Source of the DNA: an uncultured Propionivibrio sp.
Lineage (GTDB): Bacteria > Pseudomonadota > Gammaproteobacteria > Burkholderiales > Rhodocyclaceae
DNA: 50,659 nt
NCBI GenBank assembly: GCA_964440925.1
Contig: CAYTWY010000002.1
Location: 1 to 50,659 of the forward strand
Direction of reading: 5' to 3'
Below, piece by piece: positions 18,386-28,011 of this stretch; position 1 is the stretch's first letter; each line of letters begins with the position of its first letter. A program made the translations under genes and the position numbers. The notes below the pieces were generated by a model, which saw nothing but the letters and a program-made list of their open reading frames with translations, made no database searches and was not told the DNA's origin.

Positions 18386-19118
18386 AATCAGCGTTCTCGG
18401 CTTGCTGATCGGGATTATTGCCATCGTCGGTGGCCAGATTCTGGAAGGAGGGCATATCGGCTCCCTGTCGCAGCCGACGGCGCTGCTCATCGTTCTCGGT
18501 GGAACCATGGGTGCCGTCATGCTGCAAAGTCCGTATGCGACCTTCCGGCGCGGATTGAAAATGGTTGCTTGGATCTGGTTCCCTCCGTCGATCGACTATG
18601 CGCAACTGATCAGGCAGGTTTCGGAGTGGAGCCATATTGCCCGGAGGGAAGGACTGCTAGCGCTGGAAAACGTCTTGACCCAGTTAAACGACGATTTTAC
18701 CCGCAAGGGCTTGCAGCTGCTGGTTGATGGGGTCGAGCCCGAACGCATGCGCGAAATACTGGAAGTCGAAATTACCGCCTTCGAGCAGGAAATGAAACTT
18801 TCCGCACGTATCTGGGAAGCTGCCGGCGGTTATTCGCCGACCATCGGCATCCTTGGGGCGGTGCTCGGATTGATCCATGTTATGGAAAATCTGTCGGATC
18901 CGTCCAAGCTTGGTGCTGGCATTGCCGTGGCGTTTGTCGCCACGATCTATGGTGTCGGTTTGGCCAACCTCGTATTCCTGCCGATGTCCAACAAGCTTAA
19001 GGCGCATATTAACCGGCAGGTCGTGCGACGGGAAATGCTGGTCGACGGATTGCTGGGAATTGCCAACGGCGATAATCCACGCATCATCGAGAGCCGTCTG
19101 CAAGGGTATGTCTTCTAG
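18378..19118 (+). CDS. motC: Second stator A subunit (MotC type)
   Basis: ARREGLLALE, GGYSPTIGILGAVLGLI, AFVATIYG, GDNPRIIE; follows fliA and pairs with motD. Confidence 0.92.
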   Translation: MDKISVLGLLIGIIAIVGGQILEGGHIGSLSQPTALLIVLGGTMGAVMLQSPYATFRRGLKMVAWIWFPPSIDYAQLIRQVSEWSHIARREGLLALENVLTQLNDDFTRKGLQLLVDGVEPERMREILEVEITAFEQEMKLSARIWEAAGGYSPTIGILGAVLGLIHVMENLSDPSKLGAGIAVAFVATIYGVGLANLVFLPMSNKLKAHINRQVVRREMLVDGLLGIANGDNPRIIESRLQGYVF

Positions 19119-19121
19119 GTC

Positions 19122-19910
19122 ATGGCACGCCGGATACGTCACGACACGCAGGATAACCACGAGCGCTGGCTTGTCTCGTATGCGGATTTCATTACCCTGC
19201 TATTTGCCTTTTTTGTGGTGATGTATGCCCTGTCTACGGTCAACGAAGGGAAATATCGGGTCCTGAGTGAATCGATGCTCAGTGCTTTTCGTAATATTCC
19301 GGTTAATGTGGTATCGCCCTTGCCGGTAGTCGTTCCGCCGCCGGTTCCCGTAATCCAGAAGCCCAGTGCGAAAGCAAAGGCTCAGGAAGCGGCGAAACAG
19401 CGGCAGCGCGAAAAAATGCGTGATGTGGCCAAGGACATCATGGAAGTGATGGCGCCGCTGATTGCCCAGGGCAAGGTTCGGGTGATCGAGACCAGCCGCG
19501 GAGTGAGTATCGAAATCAACGACAGTGTGCTGTTCTCGCCCGGGCAGGCATTGTTGCAGCCGGCGCTGATCAAGGCCATGCGGGCGATTGCCGCCGTGCT
19601 TGCTCCCACCGATTTTCCGATCACAATCGAAGGCCATACGGACAACGTCCCGATCAGCACGGCGCAGTTTCCCTCAAACTGGGAACTTTCCGCCGTGCGG
19701 GCGACGACGGTGCTGCGCCTGTTCGCGGAGTCCGGGGTGGCGGCCGACAGGCTGGTGGCCATCGGCTATGCCGACACCCGGCCGGTCGAACCGAATCTTC
19801 TGGCCGAGGGCCGTGCGCGCAATCGCCGGGTAACCCTGCTGATCGACTCGACTGCCGCGGAAAAGGGCAAGGAACTCGGCGTTGAGCCGATCGGAGCGGA
19901 TAATCCCTAA
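19122..19910 (+). CDS. motD: Second stator B subunit (MotD type)
   Basis: NHERWLVSYADFITLLFAFFVVMYA; EGHTD...SNWELS...RNRRV OmpA-like domain. Confidence 0.92.
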   Translation: MARRIRHDTQDNHERWLVSYADFITLLFAFFVVMYALSTVNEGKYRVLSESMLSAFRNIPVNVVSPLPVVVPPPVPVIQKPSAKAKAQEAAKQRQREKMRDVAKDIMEVMAPLIAQGKVRVIETSRGVSIEINDSVLFSPGQALLQPALIKAMRAIAAVLAPTDFPITIEGHTDNVPISTAQFPSNWELSAVRATTVLRLFAESGVAADRLVAIGYADTRPVEPNLLAEGRARNRRVTLLIDSTAAEKGKELGVEPIGADNP

Positions 19911-19921
19911 TCCGCCGTTTT

Positions 19922-20395
19922 TCAGGCCGCGTCGTTGATACGGCGGTTGGCCGGGGCAGTGGACTGACCGTTCGGGCCGTAAAGGTCGAGAGAATGGTTG
20001 CCGCGCAAGATGTTCAGGGCGCTGGCGTTGTATTGCATGCGTACGCTGATTAACTCGCCGTTGAGGCGATGTAACTCGCGTGCTTCGTCGGCAAGCTGCA
20101 GAATTTTCCCCCAAGCTTCGAATATTCCTCTCTCCCCGGGGTGTGCGCTGCACCAGGACTCCATTCCCTTGCGTCCGGCGGCGAACCCCTGTGCGGCCAG
20201 AAAATCGTGGCGCTGTTTGGCTAGGGCAGTCAGTTCCTCGGCCAGCGCGGTTTTCCGTTCGGCGAGTTCGGGAAGGTTTGTGGTCAGACCATGATTCAGG
20301 TCGTTTTGTTCGATTTGCAGCGTCGTGATGAAAGTCCCGATAAGTTCGGCTTCGGCAACGATCAGCTGCAGCAGGGAGGGTGGGGCGATGGCCAT
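19922..20395 (-). CDS. flgN: Flagellar chaperone FlgN
   Basis: Helical 157-aa protein downstream of flgM; LNGELI...LYGPNG C-terminal pattern. Confidence 0.88.
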   Translation of the reverse strand: MAIAPPSLLQLIVAEAELIGTFITTLQIEQNDLNHGLTTNLPELAERKTALAEELTALAKQRHDFLAAQGFAAGRKGMESWCSAHPGERGIFEAWGKILQLADEARELHRLNGELISVRMQYNASALNILRGNHSLDLYGPNGQSTAPANRRINDAA

Positions 20396-20408
20396 TAACC
20401 GGGTGCGC

Positions 20409-20687
20409 TTAACGCTGCGAACCCAGAAGCTCCTGAGCCGAAGCAATCAGGCGTTCGGCAATTGCTTCTGGGTTGATGCTAAAGCGCCCTTCGGCGATGG
20501 CCTGTCTGATTTCCGCAACGCGTGCCGTATCGAAAGCGAACGAATCTTCGGTCGTTAGCAACTGGCTGGACAGGTTGCTGAGCTGGACGTCGCTTGCCGA
20601 TTCGGAAGCCGTTTTTTTGAGTGCGGAACTGCGCGCATCCTTGGCGGAAAGCGGAGCTAACGGGTTTGTCTGGCTTTCGATTTTCAT
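20409..20687 (-). CDS. flgM: Anti-sigma-28 factor FlgM
   Basis: MKI...VQLS...FDTARVAEIRQAIAEGRFSINPEAIAERLI; sigma28 promoter upstream. Confidence 0.94.
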   Translation of the reverse strand: MKIESQTNPLAPLSAKDARSSALKKTASESASDVQLSNLSSQLLTTEDSFAFDTARVAEIRQAIAEGRFSINPEAIAERLIASAQELLGSQR

Positions 20688-20721
20688 GGCGGTGTCTCGG
20701 AGAATGACGCTTTCAGACTCT

Positions 20722-20748
20722 CTATCGGCGCAAACCGGACATACTTTA
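20722..20748 (-). promoter_or_regulatory. Sigma-28 promoter of flgM
   Basis: Minus strand TAAA-N15(GTATGTCCGGTTTGC)-GCCGATAG, against consensus TAAA-N15-GCCGATAA. Confidence 0.9.
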
Positions 20749-20785
20749 GCATTTTTCTTCCATGAAAACAGTACGAAGTGCGCTT

Positions 20786-21481
20786 TCAATGCGCTATTTC
20801 AACAATGCCTCCGGCGTGTGCGGTGCCGCTGATGGTCTGCCCGGAAGGTGTGCGTACCTGGACGATCTGGCCGGCGATCGCGTTGTTGAGCGCTTTGCCT
20901 TCGCTGCTGACGCTGAATCCCGAACCATTGGAGAGTGTTTTTACGCGCTGTCCTTGTTGTACGGCCCAAGGCGCGATCAGCAGGTCGCTACGCAGTGGCT
21001 GACCGGCGGAGAAACTGTTTTTCACTGTTTTGCCAATCGCTTGTGCCGGGTCGTTGAGCGTGTTTTCCGGCAATCTGCATAGATCGCCGTTGCGCAGGGC
21101 GATATCTGCGCTCCCGACGAGTTGCCCGGCGGGCATGGCGCGGGTTGAGACGAGGTAATTGCCGTTAATGCTGATGTGTACCGGCACATAAATGGTCCAT
21201 GTCGACGGGGCGAGACAGCGAATCCCGAGCGTGCTTTTCCCCCAGAGTCTGCCGCCGGCGGGGACGAACGGCTCGAACGACTGGCAGGGGCCTAGCTGGG
21301 CGCGCGGGTCGAGTTCGCCGATTTTGTATGTCACCTTGCCGGGCAAGCCCTGGGTTTGCGCCCGCAGGTAATCTTCGATGGCGCCGTATAGCGGGATTTC
21401 TCCCCAGGCCATGAGCGGAAGATTGAGGAGGGTGAGCAGACAGAGAGTTTCAAACCGCCGTGAAACATAAGGGGCATTCAT
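20786..21481 (-). CDS. flgA: P-ring assembly chaperone FlgA
   Basis: Signal-peptide-like N-terminus; LDPRAQLGPC...GIRC...WTIYVPV; GFSVSSEGKALNNA...VRTPSG. Start inferred at ATG 21481. Confidence 0.93.
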   Translation of the reverse strand: MNAPYVSRRFETLCLLTLLNLPLMAWGEIPLYGAIEDYLRAQTQGLPGKVTYKIGELDPRAQLGPCQSFEPFVPAGGRLWGKSTLGIRCLAPSTWTIYVPVHISINGNYLVSTRAMPAGQLVGSADIALRNGDLCRLPENTLNDPAQAIGKTVKNSFSAGQPLRSDLLIAPWAVQQGQRVKTLSNGSGFSVSSEGKALNNAIAGQIVQVRTPSGQTISGTAHAGGIVEIAH

Positions 21482-21533
21482 GCCGCCATTTTGCCTGATT
21501 GCCGGACAATGGCAAGCGGTTCGGTGTCGTGGT

Positions 21534-21572
21534 GGCCGTAGGGATCGGCAATATTTGCCGATCCCTACGGCC
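21534..21572. repeat. Perfect 18-bp inverted repeat in the flgA-flgB intergenic region
   Basis: GGCCGTAGGGATCGGCAA-TAT-TTGCCGATCCCTACGGCC. Confidence 0.95.
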
Positions 21573-21625
21573 GATTTCTTTACGCGGGGGGGGGGTCTCC
21601 CTTTGCACGGCGGGGTTTCTGTCCA

Positions 21626-21641
21626 TGGCACGAGATTTGCA
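21626..21641 (+). promoter_or_regulatory. Sigma-54 (-24/-12) promoter of the flgB operon
   Basis: TGGCACGAGATTTGCA, an exact match to TGGCAC-N5-TTGCW, 40 bp upstream of flgB. Confidence 0.9.
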
Positions 21642-21680
21642 TTCATTGCTCTGCGTAATGATTCATCAAATGGAGCGGTC

Positions 21681-22082
21681 GTGTTTACCAGAGTCGAAAA
21701 TTCATTGGCTTTACAGGAAAAAGCGTTGAATTTGCGGGCTTTCCGGCAGCAGATTCTGGCGGGCAACATCGCCAACGCGGATACGCCGAATTACAAGGCG
21801 CGCGATTTCGATTTTTCCGCGGCGCTTAATGCAGCGCTTGCCGGACGTGCGGAAGGCGCTTTGCCATTGCAGACGACTGCGGCCGGACATCTTTCCGGTG
21901 TTTCGGCGCCGGTTCCTGCGCGCCTGATGTATCGCACGCCTGTGCAGGACAGCGTCGATGGCAATACGGTTGAGATGGATGTCGAGCGTGCCCAGTTTGC
22001 AGAAAACGCCGTGCGTTATGAGTCCGGCTTGAGTTTCATGACGCATTACGTGAAATCGATGCTGTCGGCGGTTCAGTCCTAG
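21681..22082 (+). CDS. flgB: Basal-body rod protein FlgB
   Basis: RQQILAGNIANADTPNYKARD, DGNTVEMDVE. GTG at 21681 follows GGAG. Confidence 0.95.
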   Translation: MFTRVENSLALQEKALNLRAFRQQILAGNIANADTPNYKARDFDFSAALNAALAGRAEGALPLQTTAAGHLSGVSAPVPARLMYRTPVQDSVDGNTVEMDVERAQFAENAVRYESGLSFMTHYVKSMLSAVQS

Positions 22083-22097
22083 ATTCGGAGCTTGATC

Positions 22098-22502
22098 ATG
22101 AGTGTCTTCAATGTGTTCGATATTGCCGGAAGCGCACTGACGGCGCAGAGCATGCGGCTCAATGCCGTGGCTAGCAATCTGGCCAATGCTGACAGTATCG
22201 TTGGTGCCGATGGGCGGGCGTATCGCGCCAAACAGGTTGTTTTCGAGGCGACATCGATCAATGCCCAGCTTGCACAGGGCGTGCGGGTTAGGCAGGTGGT
22301 CGAGGACGCCAGTCCTGGGCGCATGCTGTACGACCCGCGCAATCCGGCAGCGGACGAGAAGGGGTACGTGCTGACCTCAAATGTCAGCGTGGTCGACGAA
22401 ATGGTTAATATGATTTCCGCCTCTCGTTCGTATCAAACCAATGCCGAGGTGATGAATACGGCTAAGCAGCTGTTGCTCAAGACCCTGACATTGGGACAGT
22501 AG
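22098..22502 (+). CDS. flgC: Basal-body rod protein FlgC
   Basis: [27 protein letters not shown]. Confidence 0.96.
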   Translation: MSVFNVFDIAGSALTAQSMRLNAVASNLANADSIVGADGRAYRAKQVVFEATSINAQLAQGVRVRQVVEDASPGRMLYDPRNPAADEKGYVLTSNVSVVDEMVNMISASRSYQTNAEVMNTAKQLLLKTLTLGQ

Positions 22503-22525
22503 GATAGGAAAACGAGGAGAAAAAA

Positions 22526-23209
22526 ATGGCAAGCGTGCAATCCACCACTTCTTCCAACAATATTTTTGCCGCCATCAATGCCGCTGCGCAAAGCGGAAGC
22601 ACGACGACTTCGTCAACGGCGCAAGAGGCGGAAAACCGTTTTCTCAAGCTGCTGGTTACCCAGTTGCAGAACCAGGATCCTCTCAATCCGCTCGATAACG
22701 CGGAAATGACCAGCCAGCTGGCGCAGATGAGCACCGTCTCCGGCATCGAGAAACTCAACGCCACGCTGAGTACGCTGATGAGTAGTATCAGCGATACACA
22801 GTCTATGCAGGCGGCGGAAATGATTGGCAAGACCGTTCTGGTTTCCGGCAATCAGCTGACCTTGAACAATGGCGCTGCTTATGCCGGCGTTAATCTCTCT
22901 GCCGAGGCTGATCAGGTGACGGTGAGCATTTTCGATTCGGCAGGCAATATCGTTCGTACCGAAAAACTTGGTGCACAGAAAACGGGGGTTATCAACTTCT
23001 CGTGGGATGGGAAAACCGATTCCGGGACGCAGGCTGCGGCGGGAATCTACAAGTTTTCCGTGGAGGCGGTAAGCGGTGGGGAGAAAGTGACGGTCAAGCC
23101 TTTGCAGTTTGGCACGGTTTCTGCTCTTGTCCGAACGACGGGCGGCTTCAAGCTGGATCTCGGGTTGCTAGGAAACGTCGATTTCACGGACGTGCAGCAA
23201 ATTCTCTAA
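22526..23209 (+). CDS. flgD: Hook cap protein FlgD
   Basis: FLKLLVTQLQNQDPLNPLDN...SQLAQ; WDGKTDSG. Confidence 0.96.
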   Translation: MASVQSTTSSNNIFAAINAAAQSGSTTTSSTAQEAENRFLKLLVTQLQNQDPLNPLDNAEMTSQLAQMSTVSGIEKLNATLSTLMSSISDTQSMQAAEMIGKTVLVSGNQLTLNNGAAYAGVNLSAEADQVTVSIFDSAGNIVRTEKLGAQKTGVINFSWDGKTDSGTQAAAGIYKFSVEAVSGGEKVTVKPLQFGTVSALVRTTGGFKLDLGLLGNVDFTDVQQIL

Positions 23210-23223
23210 GGTAGGGGGCAAAA

Positions 23224-24543
23224 ATGTCATTTCAACAAGGTTTGAGCGGACTTAATGCGGCAGCCAAGGGGCTGGATGTGGTTGGCAACAACATTGCCAA
23301 TTCGGCGACCGTCGGGTTCAAGTCGGCTTCCGCCCATTTCGCCGACGTCTATGCCAATTCTCTGGCCGGGTCGGGGGCGTCGCAAGTCGGTATCGGTACG
23401 TCAACGATGGCGATCCAGCAGAATTTCACGCAGGGTAACGTGACGACGACCAATAACCCCCTCGATATCGCGATCAATGGCGGCGGGTTTTTCCGCATGA
23501 GCAATGCCGGAACCATTACCTATAGCCGCAACGGACAGTTCCATCTGGACAACAACGGCTACATCGTCGACGATCGTGGCCGCTTGCTGACCGGCTATCC
23601 GGCTGATGCGACAGGAGGTGTTGTGCAATCGTCACCGGTCGAACTGCAGATGGATGCCGGTGATCAACCGCCGGTGGCAACGGGGGCTGGTGTGGGTTCG
23701 TTTCAGGGCGTGAAGGCCAATATCACTTTCGATTCGCGTTCGACGACCTCGACCTGGGTCGGGGGGGCGGCTGACGATCCGCTGACGCCCTTGGTCAATG
23801 AGCGCGCTACCGTGTGGTCGCCCGATCCTTCCAGCTACAACTGGTCGACGGCACTGACCATTTACGACACCCTGGGCAATGCGCATACCCTGTCGCTTTA
23901 TGCGGTGAAAACGGCGACGGCAGGGCAGTGGCAGATTCACGCCAATGTCGATGGCACCAACGACGACAACGTGACTCTAACCAACTCGACGCTCGGTTTT
24001 GATACCTCCGGGAAAATGACCGGAACAGGGCTTGTCGGTGTCAGCATCAATCTTGCACAGGTCATGACTGACCAGGGGAAAACGAATAGCGCAACGGCGA
24101 CTCAGACCTTTAATATCGATTTTGCGGGAAGCGCCCAGTACGGGAGCGACTTTGGAGCTAACCGGCTGGAGCAGGACGGATATACTTCCGGTCGCCTGAC
24201 GGGGGTCAGTGTTTCCGCCGATGGGGTGATCCGTGGCAATTACAGCAATGGACAGGCGCGCGATCTGGGTCAGGTTGTCCTGGCCGGGTTTACCAATCCC
24301 AACGGCCTGACTTCGCTGGGAGGAAACCAATGGGCTGAAACTTCGGCTTCCGGGCCGGCGTTGATCGGTGCGCCGAATACCTCCAGTCTCGGGGTACTGC
24401 AGTCGGCGGCGGTTGAAGAATCGAATACCGATCTGACGGCAGAACTGGTCAACATGATTACACAGCAGCGCAACTACCAGGCTAATGCACAATCGATCAA
24501 GACGCAGGATCAGATCATGCAGACGCTGGTCAATCTGCGCTGA
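23224..24543 (+). CDS. flgE: Flagellar hook protein FlgE
   Basis: LDVVGNNIANSATVGFK, LDIAINGGGFF, IYDTLGNAH, QRNYQANAQ. Confidence 0.97.
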   Translation: MSFQQGLSGLNAAAKGLDVVGNNIANSATVGFKSASAHFADVYANSLAGSGASQVGIGTSTMAIQQNFTQGNVTTTNNPLDIAINGGGFFRMSNAGTITYSRNGQFHLDNNGYIVDDRGRLLTGYPADATGGVVQSSPVELQMDAGDQPPVATGAGVGSFQGVKANITFDSRSTTSTWVGGAADDPLTPLVNERATVWSPDPSSYNWSTALTIYDTLGNAHTLSLYAVKTATAGQWQIHANVDGTNDDNVTLTNSTLGFDTSGKMTGTGLVGVSINLAQVMTDQGKTNSATATQTFNIDFAGSAQYGSDFGANRLEQDGYTSGRLTGVSVSADGVIRGNYSNGQARDLGQVVLAGFTNPNGLTSLGGNQWAETSASGPALIGAPNTSSLGVLQSAAVEESNTDLTAELVNMITQQRNYQANAQSIKTQDQIMQTLVNLR

Positions 24544-24577
24544 TCCGTGTAGATCTCATCACCAAGGATAGGAAACT

Positions 24578-25321
24578 GTGGATCGCCTGATTTATACGGC
24601 CATGACCGGCGCCAGGCATGCCTTCCTGCAGCAGGCAGGGATCGCGCACAACTTGGCCAATGCCTCGACGCTCGGTTATCGTGCCATGGAGCATAAATTT
24701 CGTGCGGTGCAAGTACAGGGAGAGGCTGCGCCGACGCGTGCTTTTGTCGTCGATGCTTCGGTTGCCGATGTGTTCGATGCCGGGCCGATGATGGCGACCG
24801 GGCGTCCGCTGGATGTAGCCATTCAGGGCGAGGGGTGGATTGCTGTTGAAACGGCCGATGGCAGCGAAGCCTATACGCGTGCCGGCAACCTGCAAGTGAA
24901 TGCCAACGGACAGTTGCAGACGGCCAGCGGGCTCAACGTTCTGGGCGACGGCGGGCCAATTGCCATCCCACCGGACAACAGCATTGAAATTTCCGCGGAC
25001 GGAACCGTTTCCGCCATTCCACTGTTCGGAACGCCGAACAATGTCAACGTGGTGGGACGTATCAAACTGGTCAATCCGGTAGCAGATACCTTGGCCAGAG
25101 GCGCGGATGGCCTGTTTCGCAGCAAGGATGGAACAGTGGCCAACGCCGACGAGAATGTACGTCTGGCCGCCGAGACGCTAGAAGGGAGTAACGTCAATCC
25201 GGTGGATGCGATGGTCAACATGATCAGCGTGGCGCGCCAGTTCGAAATGCAGATCAAAATGCTGCAGATGGCCGATGCCAATGCCGGCAGGGCCAGCCAG
25301 ATCCTTTCAATGAATGGCTAA
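24578..25321 (+). CDS. flgF: Basal-body rod protein FlgF
   Basis: MDRLIYTAMTGA, NLANASTLGYR, TGRPLDVAI, LEGSNVN. Confidence 0.96.
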   Translation: MDRLIYTAMTGARHAFLQQAGIAHNLANASTLGYRAMEHKFRAVQVQGEAAPTRAFVVDASVADVFDAGPMMATGRPLDVAIQGEGWIAVETADGSEAYTRAGNLQVNANGQLQTASGLNVLGDGGPIAIPPDNSIEISADGTVSAIPLFGTPNNVNVVGRIKLVNPVADTLARGADGLFRSKDGTVANADENVRLAAETLEGSNVNPVDAMVNMISVARQFEMQIKMLQMADANAGRASQILSMNG

Positions 25322-25348
25322 CAAGTAAATTCGACAAGGAAGAAGAAA

Positions 25349-26131
25349 ATGATCCGTTCGCTCTGGATTGCCCGTACGGGCCTTGATGCGCAGCAGACGA
25401 GCATGGATGTGATTGCCAATAATCTGGCGAACGTCAGCACCAACGGCTTCAAGCGGGCACGCCCGGTGTTTGAAGATCTGCTTTATCAGACCTTGCGCCA
25501 GCCGGGAGCTCAATCTTCGCAATCGACGCAGATTCCTTCCGGGTTGCAACTCGGTACCGGTGCGCATCCGGTGTCGACCGCGCGCATTCATACCCAGGGT
25601 TCCGTGCAGCAGACCGGCAACGATCTCGATATTGCCATTTCCGGTGCCGGATTTCTGCAGATCCTTCTGCCCGACGGAACGACGGCGTATACACGCGACG
25701 GTTCCCTCCAGAAGGACAACCAGGGGCAGCTCGTGACGGCAAGTGGCTATCCGGTACAGCCGAGCGTGACGATTCCTTCCGACGCCATTACGGTTACCAT
25801 TTCGAAGGATGGCATTGTTTCGGTTACGCAGCCGGGAACGGCAACGGCGACCCAGGTCGGCACCCTGCAGCTGGCGACTTTCGTCAATGTCGGCGGTTTG
25901 CAGAGCATCGGTGAGAATCTCTTTCTGGAAACCGCATCGAGCGGTTCGCCGACGCCCAGCACGCCGGGGAACAATGGCGCAGGCGTCCTCAATCAGCGCT
26001 ACGTGGAAACCTCCAACGTCAATGTGGCGGAAGAGCTGGTCAGCATGATCCAGACACAGCGCGCCTACGAATTGAATTCCAAGGCGGTATCGACGTCGGA
26101 TCAGATGCTGGCCCGGCTGTCGCAGCTGTAA
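25349..26131 (+). CDS. flgG: Distal rod protein FlgG
   Basis: [40 protein letters not shown]. Confidence 0.97.
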   Translation: MIRSLWIARTGLDAQQTSMDVIANNLANVSTNGFKRARPVFEDLLYQTLRQPGAQSSQSTQIPSGLQLGTGAHPVSTARIHTQGSVQQTGNDLDIAISGAGFLQILLPDGTTAYTRDGSLQKDNQGQLVTASGYPVQPSVTIPSDAITVTISKDGIVSVTQPGTATATQVGTLQLATFVNVGGLQSIGENLFLETASSGSPTPSTPGNNGAGVLNQRYVETSNVNVAEELVSMIQTQRAYELNSKAVSTSDQMLARLSQL

Positions 26132-26141
26132 GGGAGAGGGT

Positions 26142-26804
26142 ATGAGCAGGTTATTGTGGGTGGCCGGCGCGTTTTTCGGACTCGTCGGGTGCACGACCGT
26201 GCCGCCGACCAACATCCATCAGCCGATGACTGCGCGCCCGGCTCCGCGCGTGGAAAATCTTGCGGTGACTGGCAGTATCTATCAGGCAGGCGCGTCGCGT
26301 ACCTTGTTCGAGGATCGGCGCGCGCGTTATGTTGGCGATACAATGACTATTGCCATTGCCGAGGCGACATCCGCCTCGACCAAGTCGAATACCAAAGCCA
26401 GTCGGGCGACGAGCGTTGCCGCCAGTGTGCCGATGGTTTCCGGGCTTCCGGGGAAATCACTGCAGGGCCTCGCGCTGTCGGCAAGCGGTTCGAATAGCCT
26501 CGATGGCAAGGGCGAGGCGGCAGCCAATAACGTCTTTACCGGAAGTATTACCGTGACTGTGATCGAGGTCTTGCCGAACGGTAATTTGCTTGTTTCCGGC
26601 GAGAAGCAGGTGTCGATTGGCGCGGGAACCGAGTATGTCCGCCTTTCCGGAGTCGTCAATCCTATTTTCATCAATACGGCGAACACCATCAGTTCGGCGC
26701 AGGTGGCCGATGCGCGGATCGAGTATAAGGAAAGTGGGGTGATCAGCGAGGCGCAGGTCATGGGCTGGCTGGCCCGTTTCTTCCTTTCGGCGCTGCCGTT
26801 CTAG
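26142..26804 (+). CDS. flgH: L-ring lipoprotein FlgH
   Basis: Lipobox LVGC, LFEDRRA, VLPNGNL, C-terminal GWLARFF...PF. Confidence 0.96.
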   Translation: MSRLLWVAGAFFGLVGCTTVPPTNIHQPMTARPAPRVENLAVTGSIYQAGASRTLFEDRRARYVGDTMTIAIAEATSASTKSNTKASRATSVAASVPMVSGLPGKSLQGLALSASGSNSLDGKGEAAANNVFTGSITVTVIEVLPNGNLLVSGEKQVSIGAGTEYVRLSGVVNPIFINTANTISSAQVADARIEYKESGVISEAQVMGWLARFFLSALPF

Positions 26805-26813
26805 GAACAGGCC

Positions 26814-27962
26814 ATGAAATATTGCGCGATCCCTAGTTTTTCCGATGTCTGCGGAAAATTTCCCCGCGCCTTGGCAATTTTTGCCTGCTGTTTTTTGCCG
26901 CTGCTGAGCGGAATGGCACATGCCGACAGGATCAAGGATCTGGCTTCGGTTCAGGGGATCCGGAATAACCAGCTGGTTGGTTACGGACTTGTTGTCGGCC
27001 TCGACGGGACGGGCGACCAGACAACGCAAACACCGTTCACAACGCAGAGCATCATCAACATGCTGGCGCAACTGGGGACGACCCTGCCGACCACCCAATC
27101 GCTGCAACTCAAGAACGTGGCGGCCGTGATGGTAACGGCCAACCTTCCGCCTTTTGCCCGGATTGGGCAGCAGATCGACGTGACCGTGTCGTCCATGGGC
27201 AATGCCAAGAGCCTGCGTGGCGGGACACTGATCATGACGCCGCTCAAGGGGGCCGATGGGCAGATTTATGCGCAGGCGCAGGGAAATCTGCTCATCGGCG
27301 GAGCCGGGGCGTCTTCCGGTGGAAGCAAGGCTGTAGTCAATCATCTTCTGGCCGGACGCATCGTGGCGGGAGCGACGGTCGAGCGCGAGGTGCCGACTTC
27401 GCTGGGACAGGGACCGTTCATTCATTATGAAATGGTGAGTACTGACTTCGGCACGACGCAACGTGTGGTGGAGGTGATTAACCGTGAACTGGGTCCGGGG
27501 ACGGCACAGGCCATTGATGGTCGCGTCATCCGGGTGACGGCGCCGGAAGATGCGGGTGTGCGCGTGGCCTTCATGGGGCGGGTGGAGAATCTTGAAGTCC
27601 GCCCGATGAAAACCGTTGCCAAGGTGATCGTCAATCCGCGTACCGGTTCGATCGTCATGAACCAGGCGGTAACGATCGATGCTTGTGCCGTGGCGCACGG
27701 CGCTCTGTCGGTAATCATAAATTCCGAACAGCAGGTCAGTCAGCCGAACGCCTTGAGCGGGGGGCAGACGGTGAAGACGGCTCAGTCCGATATCGAAATC
27801 AGGCAGGGAGGGGGCGCGCTAATGCCGGTGTCGGTAGGCGTTAATTTGTCCGAGGTGATCAAGGCCATTAATTCCCTGGGCGCCAGTCCACAGGAATTGC
27901 TGTCGATCCTGCAGGCCATGAAAGCCGCCGGCGCTTTGCGTGCGGACCTGGAAATCATCTAG
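26814..27962 (+). CDS. flgI: P-ring protein FlgI
   Basis: RIKDL...NQLVGYGLVVGLDGTGD, KSLRGGTL, AGALRADLEII. Confidence 0.97.
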   Translation: MKYCAIPSFSDVCGKFPRALAIFACCFLPLLSGMAHADRIKDLASVQGIRNNQLVGYGLVVGLDGTGDQTTQTPFTTQSIINMLAQLGTTLPTTQSLQLKNVAAVMVTANLPPFARIGQQIDVTVSSMGNAKSLRGGTLIMTPLKGADGQIYAQAQGNLLIGGAGASSGGSKAVVNHLLAGRIVAGATVEREVPTSLGQGPFIHYEMVSTDFGTTQRVVEVINRELGPGTAQAIDGRVIRVTAPEDAGVRVAFMGRVENLEVRPMKTVAKVIVNPRTGSIVMNQAVTIDACAVAHGALSVIINSEQQVSQPNALSGGQTVKTAQSDIEIRQGGGALMPVSVGVNLSEVIKAINSLGASPQELLSILQAMKAAGALRADLEII

Positions 27963-27983
27963 CGCCAAGCCGTTATTCGAAAC

Positions 27984-27999
27984 GGGCGCGAAAATTGCT
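27984..27999 (+). promoter_or_regulatory. Candidate internal sigma-54 promoter before flgJ
   Basis: GGGCGCGAAAATTGCT gives GG-N10-GC with TTGC, in the 49-bp flgI-flgJ gap. Confidence 0.5.
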
Positions 28000-28011
28000 T
28001 CGATTGAGGTC

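Noticed and set aside
21480-21775. Long N-terminal extensions of FlgA and FlgB overlapping each other
   Set aside because: Artefacts of longest-ORF calling. The region holds the palindrome and sigma54 promoter, and better starts are 21481 (flgA) and 21681 (flgB).
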